The notes beneath the pieces are model-generated. The model worked only from the letters and a program-made list of their open reading frames with translations, ran no database searches and had not been told where the DNA came from. The position numbers and the translations under genes are program-made. A stretch of 60,061 nt of DNA, filler included. It is 3 parts of 3 records of this genome, joined end to end, with 100 filler letters (N's around TTAATTAATTAA, not from the genome) between each part and the next. Parts side by side here need not be neighbours in the genome. Positions count along the whole stretch, not along the records: positions 20,946 to 41,903 come from SRR20825019_2712; positions 42,004 to 60,061 come from SRR20825019_2722; 1 more part is not named here. One strand, given 5' to 3'. This document shows, piece after piece, positions 37,695-45,585 of this stretch; position 1 is the stretch's first letter, and every line of letters begins with the position of its first letter.

Positions 37695-37877
37695 GTGTCT
37701 CTCTTGACAAGGAAGTACACACTCAGAACTTACGCGATACAGCGATATGCGGAGCTTAGCACACCGTTCAGCTTGTCTCAACTGCTAGCGATCATCCCCT
37801 TACGAGACCCTGGTCTCTTGTTGTCATGAAGAGCATTTCTTCGCTAACATTGGAGGACTCACTGAATTGTAGGAATT

Positions 37878-38438
37878 TCAGCCTTCGGCATGAAAACACT
37901 TGAACAGCCTTGCCACATTTTTGGCATCGTCGATTGCCGAATGATGCCGACCTTCAAACTCTAATCCGGCCAATTCCAACGCTTTCATAAGGCCCACCTC
38001 TCTGCTCTTTTTGAGGTTCTGGCGCTGGAATAGCCGCTTGGCATTGCGGTGCTCTGGAAGTGGGAGTGCGAGCTTCCACCTTTCCGGGCCTGCATCAAGC
38101 GTAAGCTGCTTAAGGTCATATTTGCCCCATGAGTACCAGCAGGTTGGCTTAGCAGGTAGACTTTCAAGCCACTCAGCCAACCGTGCGATTACATCCGGGA
38201 AGTTGGGGGCGCCTACAAGCATGTCAGCGGTGATGCCAATGACAGACGTGCAATAGGGTGATAGCTCCGTATATGTCGGTTTCACATAGGACTGGAAGGT
38301 GTCAATGATTGTGCCCTGATTGTTCAGCGCGACTACTCCAATCTCAATGGTTTCCATGTCCCGGTGAGTTTGTTCGCGACCAAGAATATCCCTGTCAAAG
38401 CAGGTAGCCTCAAGGTCGATGCATAGGAATAGCTTCAC
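37878..38438 (-). CDS. DEDDh 3'-5' exonuclease (KapD/ERI-1-like)
   Basis: IDLEATC, IEIG, FQSYVKP, SWGKYD, GRHHSAIDDA; GTGA coupling to the phosphatase gene. Confidence 0.88.
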   Translation of the reverse strand: MKLFLCIDLEATCFDRDILGREQTHRDMETIEIGVVALNNQGTIIDTFQSYVKPTYTELSPYCTSVIGITADMLVGAPNFPDVIARLAEWLESLPAKPTCWYSWGKYDLKQLTLDAGPERWKLALPLPEHRNAKRLFQRQNLKKSREVGLMKALELAGLEFEGRHHSAIDDAKNVARLFKCFHAEG

Positions 38439-39232
38439 ACGTTATCTCCCATCGGATATTCGCCAAGGGGATCAAACAGGATGCCCGGGCGTTTAACCAT
38501 GCTGTCAGCTTGCTGTTGAAGGACGATATTCCCCTGAAGCTCCTTAAGTGAGTTTCCAAGCTCAATGGCTGTCAGGCGTCCATTCTTGAATCCGGCACCT
38601 GTATCCAGACAGGTAACATTGCCCAACTGAATGAGGGAATCGTTCGACGTATGCCCCACGAGTACTGTATCCACGTTCTTAACAATCGCCGTGTTGCCAT
38701 CGCGAATGCGCTTTCGGCCCCATAGCACTTCTGTGCGCGCCAGAGAGCCTTCAATGGCTTCATGCCAGTTGTTGGGCGCGTCGCCATGGATGAGCCCGAC
38801 CTGCGCGCCGTCCGGCAGGATCAGTGTCATGCTGAGCGGTAGATGTTCGACATATTGCTCGCAGATGAACTGAACTTCTTCTTGCTCAGCAAAACTCAAC
38901 CGATCAAACCAGCCGCTACCATTTGCTCGCCAGAAGGATTTGTCCGACCGTGGGTTGACCGCATTCAGCATCATCTCATCGTGGTTGCCAAGGATACTTG
39001 TGAACCACGGCTCCGAGAGCAGTTTGATGCATTCGTAACATCTGGTGCCGCGGTCGATTAGGTCCCCGAGACCAATCAGGGTGTCTCTGTTATGGTCGAA
39101 TGCTACAGCGCTCAGTTCACACATCACCTCATCGTAACAGCCATGCAGGTCTCCACAGACGGATGTGCGGCCGTGACCAGTACGCCTCAGCACCTTATGG
39201 CTCGGATGAATGTAGGTGGGGAGTTTACGCAT
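38435..39232 (-). CDS. Metallophosphoesterase, lambda-phosphatase / PphA-like
   Basis: GDLHG, GDLIDRG, GNHD, HG, WGR, GHT and DTGA motifs all present. Confidence 0.9.
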   Translation of the reverse strand: MRKLPTYIHPSHKVLRRTGHGRTSVCGDLHGCYDEVMCELSAVAFDHNRDTLIGLGDLIDRGTRCYECIKLLSEPWFTSILGNHDEMMLNAVNPRSDKSFWRANGSGWFDRLSFAEQEEVQFICEQYVEHLPLSMTLILPDGAQVGLIHGDAPNNWHEAIEGSLARTEVLWGRKRIRDGNTAIVKNVDTVLVGHTSNDSLIQLGNVTCLDTGAGFKNGRLTAIELGNSLKELQGNIVLQQQADSMVKRPGILFDPLGEYPMGDNV

Positions 39233-39269
39233 TCTGGGAAATATCCTGTGTCTATCAGTTCTTCGGCTG

Positions 39270-39461
39270 TCAGTTCCAGTGAGCGTATTCTGAGAGCAAG
39301 CCCATCAAAACCACCAACAGATGATAGCTTCCTTTTGCAGCCTGCTCATAGAGCCAGGCGATGAACTCCTTGTGGCATGTGCTCAGATAGTTCGAGGCAA
39401 ACTTCCTTGGCGCACCGGCCTTGGCTGGTCTTACAGCAGGTGTGACGTCAGTGGGTGTCAT
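39270..39461 (-). CDS. Small hypothetical protein
   Basis: 63-aa ATG ORF that fills the gap in a co-oriented operon; no motif recognised. Confidence 0.45.
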   Translation of the reverse strand: MTPTDVTPAVRPAKAGAPRKFASNYLSTCHKEFIAWLYEQAAKGSYHLLVVLMGLLSEYAHWN

Positions 39462-39484
39462 GATCTGTTCCCTGGGTATGAATG

Positions 39485-39916
39485 CTAATGGAGGAAGGTG
39501 GTGTGCAGATACTTCTGCTCATCCGAATAGAGAGCCTTACAGGCATCCTGTATGCCTTTGAGGCCGTGTGACAGCATATAGGCCAGGGGACTTTCAAGAT
39601 CGAAAACCGGGTTCGGTGTGTTTAGCCAAATAGAAGCTTGTTCAGGGGAAGAGCTGGCTCCTTTCAACAGTCGGTTCAGCTCAACAAGGGCGGTCAACCT
39701 CACATATACATCGGGGGTCAATACCGTGAAGGCTTTTTGCTTCCACATTTGGAACTCAAATCGGTTCTGTAGTCCCGTCAGTTTAAACTGGTCGTAGTCT
39801 TTCAACTGCCACTGGGTCATGATCGTGCAGGCCAGTTCGATCACGATCTTCTGACGAAATGGATCCGGCGGCAGAAGGTTTGCGTGCGTCGAGGTTTGTT
39901 TGGTTGAGTTGTTCAT
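39485..39916 (-). CDS. Xre/MbcA/ParS antitoxin-like protein
   Basis: C-terminal A..WLNTPNPVFDLESPLAYM pattern typical of the MbcA/ParS toxin-binding domain; ATGA overlap with the integrase stop. Confidence 0.7.
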   Translation of the reverse strand: MNNSTKQTSTHANLLPPDPFRQKIVIELACTIMTQWQLKDYDQFKLTGLQNRFEFQMWKQKAFTVLTPDVYVRLTALVELNRLLKGASSSPEQASIWLNTPNPVFDLESPLAYMLSHGLKGIQDACKALYSDEQKYLHTTFLH

Positions 39917-41109
39917 GACGGCACTTCCTTGTCTGTCGTGGATGAGTTGGAGCCAAATTCGGCTTTCAGTAGCTGCTCGAATGCGGATCCGTCGCGACGG
40001 GTGAGGTTGGGCACATAGCGGCTATAGACCTCAAAAAGCATCTTGGTGTTGGCATGCCCCATTTGGCGGGCGATCCATTCGGGGTTCTCGCCGGCTGCCA
40101 GCCATAACGTTGCAGCCGTGTGGCGCGTTTGGTAGGGACGTCTCTTTGCAAGAGCCAAGTGCCGTAGTAGCGGATACCAAACGCGTTGGGTGACATTCCT
40201 ATTATGTAGCGGAGTGCCGTCGCGGGTGCAGAACACAAACCCAGTCTTGTTTGGGGAGGTGCCATACATGTGTTTCAAACAGTCCTGCACTTGGGAACAC
40301 ATGTCGACCTCACGGCTTGAGCCATCGGTTTTGGTTCCCACCAGCCTTCCTTGCACAAGGGCTTGCCGAATAAGGATCTGGCGCCTTTCAAAATCCACGT
40401 ACTTCCATTGCAGCCCGTCGATTTCGCTGGACCGCAGGCCGGTGAAAAATCGGATAGTGTAATAAGGCTTGAAGTCGGGTCGAACCGTTTCAAGAATGGC
40501 TTGAACTTCCTGCAAAGTGAAAGGGTCGACCTTTGACTTTGCTTCCTTGAGCCTTTTGATATTCACCCACGGATTTTTGAATCCATATCGCTCTGCGGCT
40601 TCTGCTAAAATCATCCGGAGCGGGATCATGATATGGTTGATCCTTGACGCTGACAACGTGCCGGTGCCGTGCCCGGGCTGATCGGCGAGGTGAGCGCGAA
40701 ACTGTAGGATCATGGCCTTGTCAATCTCGTCGAGCTTCTTTCCTTTAAAATAGGGGATAATGTAGCGGTCGAGCGTGATACGATTGATATCGCGATAGGA
40801 TTGCCTCCATTCCACTTCTCGTTCGGTGAACCAAACGTCGGCAAAAGTTTCGAAGGAATCAGCTGCACTTCTGGATTTAAGCGTCCGTTTTTGTTGTGCC
40901 GCGAATTTGCTCGCTAACCGCCCTTGGGGAAAATATTTAATGTAATCAAACGTTCCCAGTGTCATCTCAGCTTCCATGCGCTTGAGAAGCTGTTCGGCCT
41001 TTCTTCGATTGGCCACGTTATCCAGAACATCCGTCTGCTCGCGGTATCGGACGCCTTTATATCGGAAGTCAATATAGATGCGCCCTCTTCTTGTGCCCAG
41101 TGTCGCCAT
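39913..41109 (-). CDS. Tyrosine integrase with N-terminal arm-binding domain (DUF3596-like)
   Basis: IDFRYKGVRYRE arm domain; FFTGLRSSE (R), TKT (K), YQTRHTAAT, QMGH, Y in VYSRY. Confidence 0.93.
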   Translation of the reverse strand: MATLGTRRGRIYIDFRYKGVRYREQTDVLDNVANRRKAEQLLKRMEAEMTLGTFDYIKYFPQGRLASKFAAQQKRTLKSRSAADSFETFADVWFTEREVEWRQSYRDINRITLDRYIIPYFKGKKLDEIDKAMILQFRAHLADQPGHGTGTLSASRINHIMIPLRMILAEAAERYGFKNPWVNIKRLKEAKSKVDPFTLQEVQAILETVRPDFKPYYTIRFFTGLRSSEIDGLQWKYVDFERRQILIRQALVQGRLVGTKTDGSSREVDMCSQVQDCLKHMYGTSPNKTGFVFCTRDGTPLHNRNVTQRVWYPLLRHLALAKRRPYQTRHTAATLWLAAGENPEWIARQMGHANTKMLFEVYSRYVPNLTRRDGSAFEQLLKAEFGSNSSTTDKEVPS

Positions 41110-41113
41110 TGTT

Positions 41114-41320
41114 CTACGCCAAAGCAGAGAAACTTGTTGGGCAGGCACTGGAATACATGTCTTTCTCGACGCGTTCCCATACGTACAGAATTTTACGGCC
41201 ACCAAAGGGGCGAATGTAGTGGATACCCTCCAAGAGGACACTGTCCTTGAGACGCTCACGAATCGTGCGGACATCGTATTTGATGCGTTCTGAAAGTTCT
41301 TCTGTCGTCAAATAGGTCAT
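41114..41320 (-). CDS. Excisionase-like winged-HTH protein
   Basis: YLTTEELSERIKY..RTIR...EGIHY.RP.G.RKILY; 4 nt upstream of the integrase; GAGGA RBS. Confidence 0.8.
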   Translation of the reverse strand: MTYLTTEELSERIKYDVRTIRERLKDSVLLEGIHYIRPFGGRKILYVWERVEKDMYSSACPTSFSALA

Positions 41321-41332
41321 TTTAACTTTCCT

Positions 41333-41427
41333 CTTTTATCACCATATAAGGTTATAAATAGTCATATACATGTATAAATGATCACAAGGGATGTCAACAA
41401 AAAAATAACCATAGATGGTGATAAAAG
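41333..41427. promoter_or_regulatory. Pair of inverted 23-bp operator-like sites between xis and the repressor
   Basis: CTTTTATCACCATATAAGGTTAT (41333-41355) and ATAACCATAGATGGTGATAAAAG (41405-41427) match 21/23 as reverse complements. Confidence 0.7.
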
Positions 41428-41494
41428 TCTGTGACAGGTGATGAAGTGAGCTTTAAGGTGACTAGCAGTCAACGGACTGCCTGTGAGAACGGAT

Positions 41495-41740
41495 ATGATT
41501 AGGTTCTTTTTGAGAGAGCGAATTTCTGAGAAAGAGTTTGCTGAAAAACGCAAAATCACTCTGGATGAAGTTGCGGCAGCAACTGGGATCAGCAAAAATA
41601 CTCTTTCAAGAATCCAGAGCACCTTTGGGTACAACACTACGACTGACAACCTGAATAAGCTATGTGCTTATCTTGGGTGCAGTTTGGCAGAATTGGTGGA
41701 GTACATTCCTGACGAGACCCCCCCTGTTGAAGGTTCCTAG
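41495..41740 (+). CDS. XRE/Cro-C1 HTH repressor
   Basis: ITLDEVAAATGISKNTLSRI...NLNKLCAYLGCSLAELVEY; divergent from xis-int. Confidence 0.88.
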   Translation: MIRFFLRERISEKEFAEKRKITLDEVAAATGISKNTLSRIQSTFGYNTTTDNLNKLCAYLGCSLAELVEYIPDETPPVEGS

Positions 41741-41796
41741 ACAAAGCTACATAGCGCTCATTTCTGTTGACTGGGGTGAGTGATGAATTTTCCAGT

Positions 41797-41827
41797 TGGT
41801 CACCACATGGTCACCGTTTTGGTCACC
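41797..41827. repeat. Three direct TGGTCACC repeats (probable integrase arm-type sites)
   Basis: Copies at 41797, 41808 and 41820 (11-12 bp period), about 50 bp from the tRNA 3' end. Confidence 0.7.
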
Positions 41828-41832
41828 AATAG

Positions 41833-41866
41833 AAAAAGGGCCTAAGATTTTCATCCTAAGCCCTTG
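41833..41866 (-). terminator. Rho-independent terminator downstream of tRNA-Ala
   Basis: Minus strand AAGGGCTTAGGAT...ATCTTAGGCCCTT followed by T residues. Confidence 0.7.
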
Positions 41867-41873
41867 TAATTCG

Positions 41874-41903
41874 TGGTGGAGCCGAACGGGATCGAACCGT
41901 CGA
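41874..41903 (-). tRNA. 3' portion of tRNA-Ala (att site), cut by contig end
   Basis: Minus strand TCGACGGTTCGATCCCGTTCGGCTCCACCA: T-arm plus Ala-type ...CTCCA-CCA acceptor end. Anticodon is not visible. Confidence 0.82.
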
Positions 41904-42003
41904 NNNNNNNNNNNNNNNNNNNNNNNNNNNNNNNNNNNNNNNNNNNNTTAATTAATTAANNNNNNNNNNNNNNNNNNNNNNNNNNNNNNNNNNNNNNNNN
42001 NNN
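41904..42003. other. Synthetic contig-joining linker
   Basis: Identical N44-TTAATTAATTAA-N44. Confidence 0.98.
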
Positions 42004-42033
42004 GACCGAGACCGAGACCGAGACCGAGACCGA
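42004..42033 (+). repeat. (GACCGA)5 hexamer repeat encoding (TE)n at contig start
   Basis: Read directly from the sequence. Confidence 0.9.
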
Positions 42034-42475
42034 AGTCTCCGGACTGACAGAATCAGAGGAAAAGGATCAGGCTGAGACTGCAGACAACGAAGCCAACGCC
42101 ACGCCAGTACCAGAAAAGGAGGTTGTCAGCGATAATGAACAGCAAGCCAGTGAAAAGACAGCCTCAGTTCACAATAAAGATTGGGTCCTGCAGCAGAAAG
42201 CGAATAACTACACTTTCCAGCTGATGGGGGCCTGGGATGCCGCCGAAGTTGATGAGTTTATCGACAAATATGCACTGACAGGGGAAGTGGCTACTTTTAC
42301 CAGCCTGCGTAATAACAAACCCTGGCATGTACTGGTTTATGGCGTTTATCCATCCAGAAAAGCTGCGCTCAATGCCAGTAATAGTTGGCCCGCCCCACTC
42401 AATAGCATCCCCACCTGGCTGCGACGTTTTGACAGCGTACAGAAACAAATTAACGAGAAAGGCGTAACGCCCTGA
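42005..42475 (+). CDS. C-terminus of a DamX-like SPOR-domain protein; 5'-truncated
   Basis: Frame open from 42005: acidic linker, then WVLQQ..NNYTFQLMGA...WHVLVYGVYPSRKAA...WLRRFDSVQ. Confidence 0.82.
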   Translation, partial: TETETETETEVSGLTESEEKDQAETADNEANATPVPEKEVVSDNEQQASEKTASVHNKDWVLQQKANNYTFQLMGAWDAAEVDEFIDKYALTGEVATFTSLRNNKPWHVLVYGVYPSRKAALNASNSWPAPLNSIPTWLRRFDSVQKQINEKGVTP

Positions 42476-43607
42476 ATAATGCCTCGGCTGTTGTCCGGCT
42501 GCCGGCGAAAACAGTGCGATAAACGGCTTGCTCATTGATTTTGGCCCGTGACAGTGTACCGTCAATGACCAGCTTATCGAGTTCGTCGTCTTCAGCCTCA
42601 AAGCAGACAATACCGCTGCCCCCATTCCAGATTTTTATATTCTGTTGCTCCAGCATAGAAGAAAAACGCTGAGCCTGGTGCAGGCGTGCCCGTGTTTGTT
42701 TAAAAAACCACGCCTCTCCCAGCACTTTCAGATTCAACCACAATGGCAGAAACAGTTCGGCGCCATAGGAGCCGGTCAGGCGGCCGCTGGGTGCACTGTC
42801 GAGATAATCAGTGTGATAGCCTTGTTCCAGTGGGTATCGGCTTAGATAAACACTGCAGGGCCGGGGTTGAAACAGTGACTTATGCGGATCGAAGCACAAA
42901 CTGTCGACCTGTTTCAGCGATGTAAGAAGCGCGCGTTGTTCCGGCAGCATTAACGAGGCGCCGCCCCAAGCCGCATCAATATGCAGCCAGCTGTGATACT
43001 GCACTGCCATGGTCGAGACGGACTGTAAGGGATCCACTGCGCCGGCTGCGCTAGTACCTGCGGTCACGATAATGGCCAGAGGCGCTTGTTTTTTACAGGC
43101 TGCTTCAAGTGCCGTTACGTCCATACGATCCTGTGAATCAGTGGCAATCAGTTGCAGCTTGAGACCAAGAATCCGGCAGGCTTTATCGACAGAGTAATGC
43201 CGGGCCCTGCTGGCAAAGACTGTCTGCCTTGTACCCTCATGGCGGTCACGGGCCTGCCATAAAGCCTGCAGATTATTTTCACTGCCCCCGTGACTGAAAT
43301 GAGCGTAGGGCAAACTAAAAGATTGCTTGAGCCAGTTGAGGGTATCGAGTTCTGCCTGTCTGAGTTCAGGATAGAGTTCGGCGGATAATAAATTTCCCTG
43401 ATGTAATGCGGCCAGTTGCAGGCCAAGCAGACTGTAGGGTGCCAGATCCGGCGTCATATGCGCCGCCTTGTCAGCAGGCACAAAATGATCGGCTTCCACT
43501 AACAGATCATGGTAATGGGTTGCTGAACTGGTATCAGCTTCTGCATGCAGGGCTAAAAGTGCCGTTAACAGGGTGTTGGCCTGACTGACAGCCAGCGGCT
43601 GATTCAT
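42450..43607 (-). CDS. Group II PLP-dependent amino acid decarboxylase (MfnA/tyrosine-decarboxylase-like)
   Basis: GGSENNLQAL, HYSVDKA, TAGT..G.VDPL, LHIDAAWGG, DPHK; 385 aa; ATGA-coupled to the upstream kinase gene. Confidence 0.82.
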   Translation of the reverse strand: MNQPLAVSQANTLLTALLALHAEADTSSATHYHDLLVEADHFVPADKAAHMTPDLAPYSLLGLQLAALHQGNLLSAELYPELRQAELDTLNWLKQSFSLPYAHFSHGGSENNLQALWQARDRHEGTRQTVFASRARHYSVDKACRILGLKLQLIATDSQDRMDVTALEAACKKQAPLAIIVTAGTSAAGAVDPLQSVSTMAVQYHSWLHIDAAWGGASLMLPEQRALLTSLKQVDSLCFDPHKSLFQPRPCSVYLSRYPLEQGYHTDYLDSAPSGRLTGSYGAELFLPLWLNLKVLGEAWFFKQTRARLHQAQRFSSMLEQQNIKIWNGGSGIVCFEAEDDELDKLVIDGTLSRAKINEQAVYRTVFAGSRTTAEALFRALRLSR

Positions 43608-44185
43608 TGCAGAATCAGTCCTTTATCCGGAAACAGCGCCTGCTGCTGAAAGTGAAATAACTGGGTATAAACCGGCTGCCGTTGATACAGGGCAGTGAAG
43701 CCTTTATCCAGCACGCCATGTTGAATCAGAGCCTGAATGCGGCTTGAGACCACGGTAGAACGCTTGATCATGACCAGTTCGTCAGCTTTGAGCTGTTGGC
43801 TTAGCCATAAGGCGAGACTGTCTGAGCTGATATCCCAGCTATGCGGAATATCAGACATGTCCAGCAATGAGCGATCAGGCAGCCAGACATGCAGACCCGG
43901 TTTCAGTGTTTCTGCCTGTTGCCGGGGATAATAAAAAGCCTGACTATTGGGGGCGAGATCGGCAAGCAGCAGACCGAATTGAGCCATAGCCAATAACGCC
44001 ATATGATGTGCCGAGCTGTCACTGAATCTGTGCAGACGCTGGGCGTGACGAACCTCATCGGCGAAGGGCCCGCCACCGGGCACAATCACCACCACTTCGT
44101 CCTGGCTGGCACTATCGAGCAGCTCAAGCCATTGCCGCAATTCCGGTGTATGAAACAGGCTGCCACCCAATTTGATAATCCGCAT
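43604..44185 (-). CDS. Amino-acid-kinase-family protein (Orf21 / MfnE-like)
   Basis: IIKLGGSL, VPGGGPFADEVR, AHHMALLAM.Q, SWDISSDSLA. Confidence 0.85.
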   Translation of the reverse strand: MRIIKLGGSLFHTPELRQWLELLDSASQDEVVVIVPGGGPFADEVRHAQRLHRFSDSSAHHMALLAMAQFGLLLADLAPNSQAFYYPRQQAETLKPGLHVWLPDRSLLDMSDIPHSWDISSDSLALWLSQQLKADELVMIKRSTVVSSRIQALIQHGVLDKGFTALYQRQPVYTQLFHFQQQALFPDKGLILQ

Positions 44186-44187
44186 GA

Positions 44188-45576
44188 TCAGCGTAACCCC
44201 TCGATCAGACGCAGCATCGCTGCGGCTTTATCATGAACCTCCTGATATTCAGCCTCAGCTTGCGAATCCTTTACAATACCACCTCCGGCCCAGAAACGCA
44301 GCCTGTTGTCGCTGAAGACCAGCGTACGGATGGTGATATTGCTGTCCATATTACCGTCGAAACCGATATAACCGATGCTGCCGCAATACACCCCACGACG
44401 ATTCGGCTCCAGTTCCTCAATAATCTCCATCGCCCGCAGTTTGGGCGCACCGGTAATGGAACCACCGGGAAAACAGGCTCTGAGCAGCGTGACGGCTGAT
44501 TGATTACTCGCCAGCGTGCCGGTGATGGTACTGACCAGATGATGCACCGTGGCAAAGCTTTCCAGCGCAAACGGTTTGGGAACGCGAATACTGCCAGCCT
44601 GACAGACTTTGCCCAGATCATTGCGTAACAGATCGACGATCATCAGGTTCTCTGCCCTGTCCTTGAGACTGTTTTGTAAATCCCGGGCCAGAGCCTCATC
44701 CTGTGCAGTATCAGTCAGGTGTCGAGGGCGTGTGCCCTTAATCGGTTTGGTTTCAACCTGGCCATCATGAACCTGGAGCAGCCGCTCGGGTGAAGAGCTC
44801 ATCACCGCCACCTCACCGGTGCTGAAAAAAGCGGAGAAGGGAGCAGCATTTTGCTGACGCAAACGCTGATAGGCAAACCAGGGTTCGCCTTTCGCTTCTA
44901 TTTCAAAACGTTTCGCCAGGTTGACCTGATAGCAGTCACCTTCGGTGATGTAGTGCTGGATGCGGTTAAAAGCCCGGTTATAGTCGTTTTTTCTGAGATT
45001 ACAGTGCAGTTCGCCGCTGACCTTGAATGTTGTCTCGTCATCAGATGTTTCGCCTGAGTCAGTGAGCAGAGCGATTAAATCCGACCACTTTCTTTCTGTT
45101 TCAGGATCATGTCCGAAGCTGGCCAACCAGCATCGCTGCTGTTGATGATCGGTCACTACCACCCAGTCATAAATACCGACCGCCATATCCGGGATCTGTT
45201 CCGCATCCAGTGCAGTAGAGGGCAGGGTTTCAATGCGTCGACCCAGGTCATAGCCGAAATAACCGATGGCACCGCCGGCAAAAGGCAGCTGAGTACGGGG
45301 CTGGCGATAAGTTTTTAGTAAACCATCAAGCAGGGAAAAAGGATCCTCACTGCGGATTTCAGTGCCGGCCGGAGTCGTAAGCTGCGTTTTCTCACCATGG
45401 CATTCCAGCGTAATAAAAGGGTCAGCGGCCATCATGTCATAGCGGCCATCGGGCAAAGCGGTATTGGCGCTATCAAGCATGACCGGCCAGCGATGCTGAC
45501 GCAGTTTATTAAAATAGGGCTCGCTGTCGCCCGGGTAAGGCAGTTCAACACAAAGCGGTGGGAGTGGCTGGCTCAT
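44188..45576 (-). CDS. pabB: Aminodeoxychorismate synthase component I
   Basis: GDCYQVNL, SSSPER, TKPIKGTRPR, KDRAENLMIVDLLRND, FPGGSITGAPK. Confidence 0.93.
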   Translation of the reverse strand: MSQPLPPLCVELPYPGDSEPYFNKLRQHRWPVMLDSANTALPDGRYDMMAADPFITLECHGEKTQLTTPAGTEIRSEDPFSLLDGLLKTYRQPRTQLPFAGGAIGYFGYDLGRRIETLPSTALDAEQIPDMAVGIYDWVVVTDHQQQRCWLASFGHDPETERKWSDLIALLTDSGETSDDETTFKVSGELHCNLRKNDYNRAFNRIQHYITEGDCYQVNLAKRFEIEAKGEPWFAYQRLRQQNAAPFSAFFSTGEVAVMSSSPERLLQVHDGQVETKPIKGTRPRHLTDTAQDEALARDLQNSLKDRAENLMIVDLLRNDLGKVCQAGSIRVPKPFALESFATVHHLVSTITGTLASNQSAVTLLRACFPGGSITGAPKLRAMEIIEELEPNRRGVYCGSIGYIGFDGNMDSNITIRTLVFSDNRLRFWAGGGIVKDSQAEAEYQEVHDKAAAMLRLIEGLR

Positions 45577-45585
45577 GAGTCTATT

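Larger units (their letters stand above)
37878..41903 (-). mobile_element. Integrative element / genomic island end at tRNA-Ala (minimum extent)
   Basis: tRNA 3' end, arm-like repeats, repressor, xis-int and co-oriented cargo genes. The distal att site was not found. Confidence 0.8.

Noticed and set aside
37695-37877. Possible distal att site or ModE/FNR site upstream of napE; GAGACC-CT-GGTCTC palindrome at 37804-37817
   Set aside because: No match to the tRNA-Ala 3' end, only a weak half-match to a ModE box, and the palindrome is too short to assign.
41110-41274. N-terminal extension of the integrase ORF to 41274
   Set aside because: It overlaps the excisionase gene in another frame; the arm domain begins at ATG 41109.
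41797-41827. Short direct repeats as a possible CRISPR array
   Set aside because: The units are 8 bp with 3-4 nt spacers and there are no cas genes. I saw no CRISPR-like array anywhere in the window.
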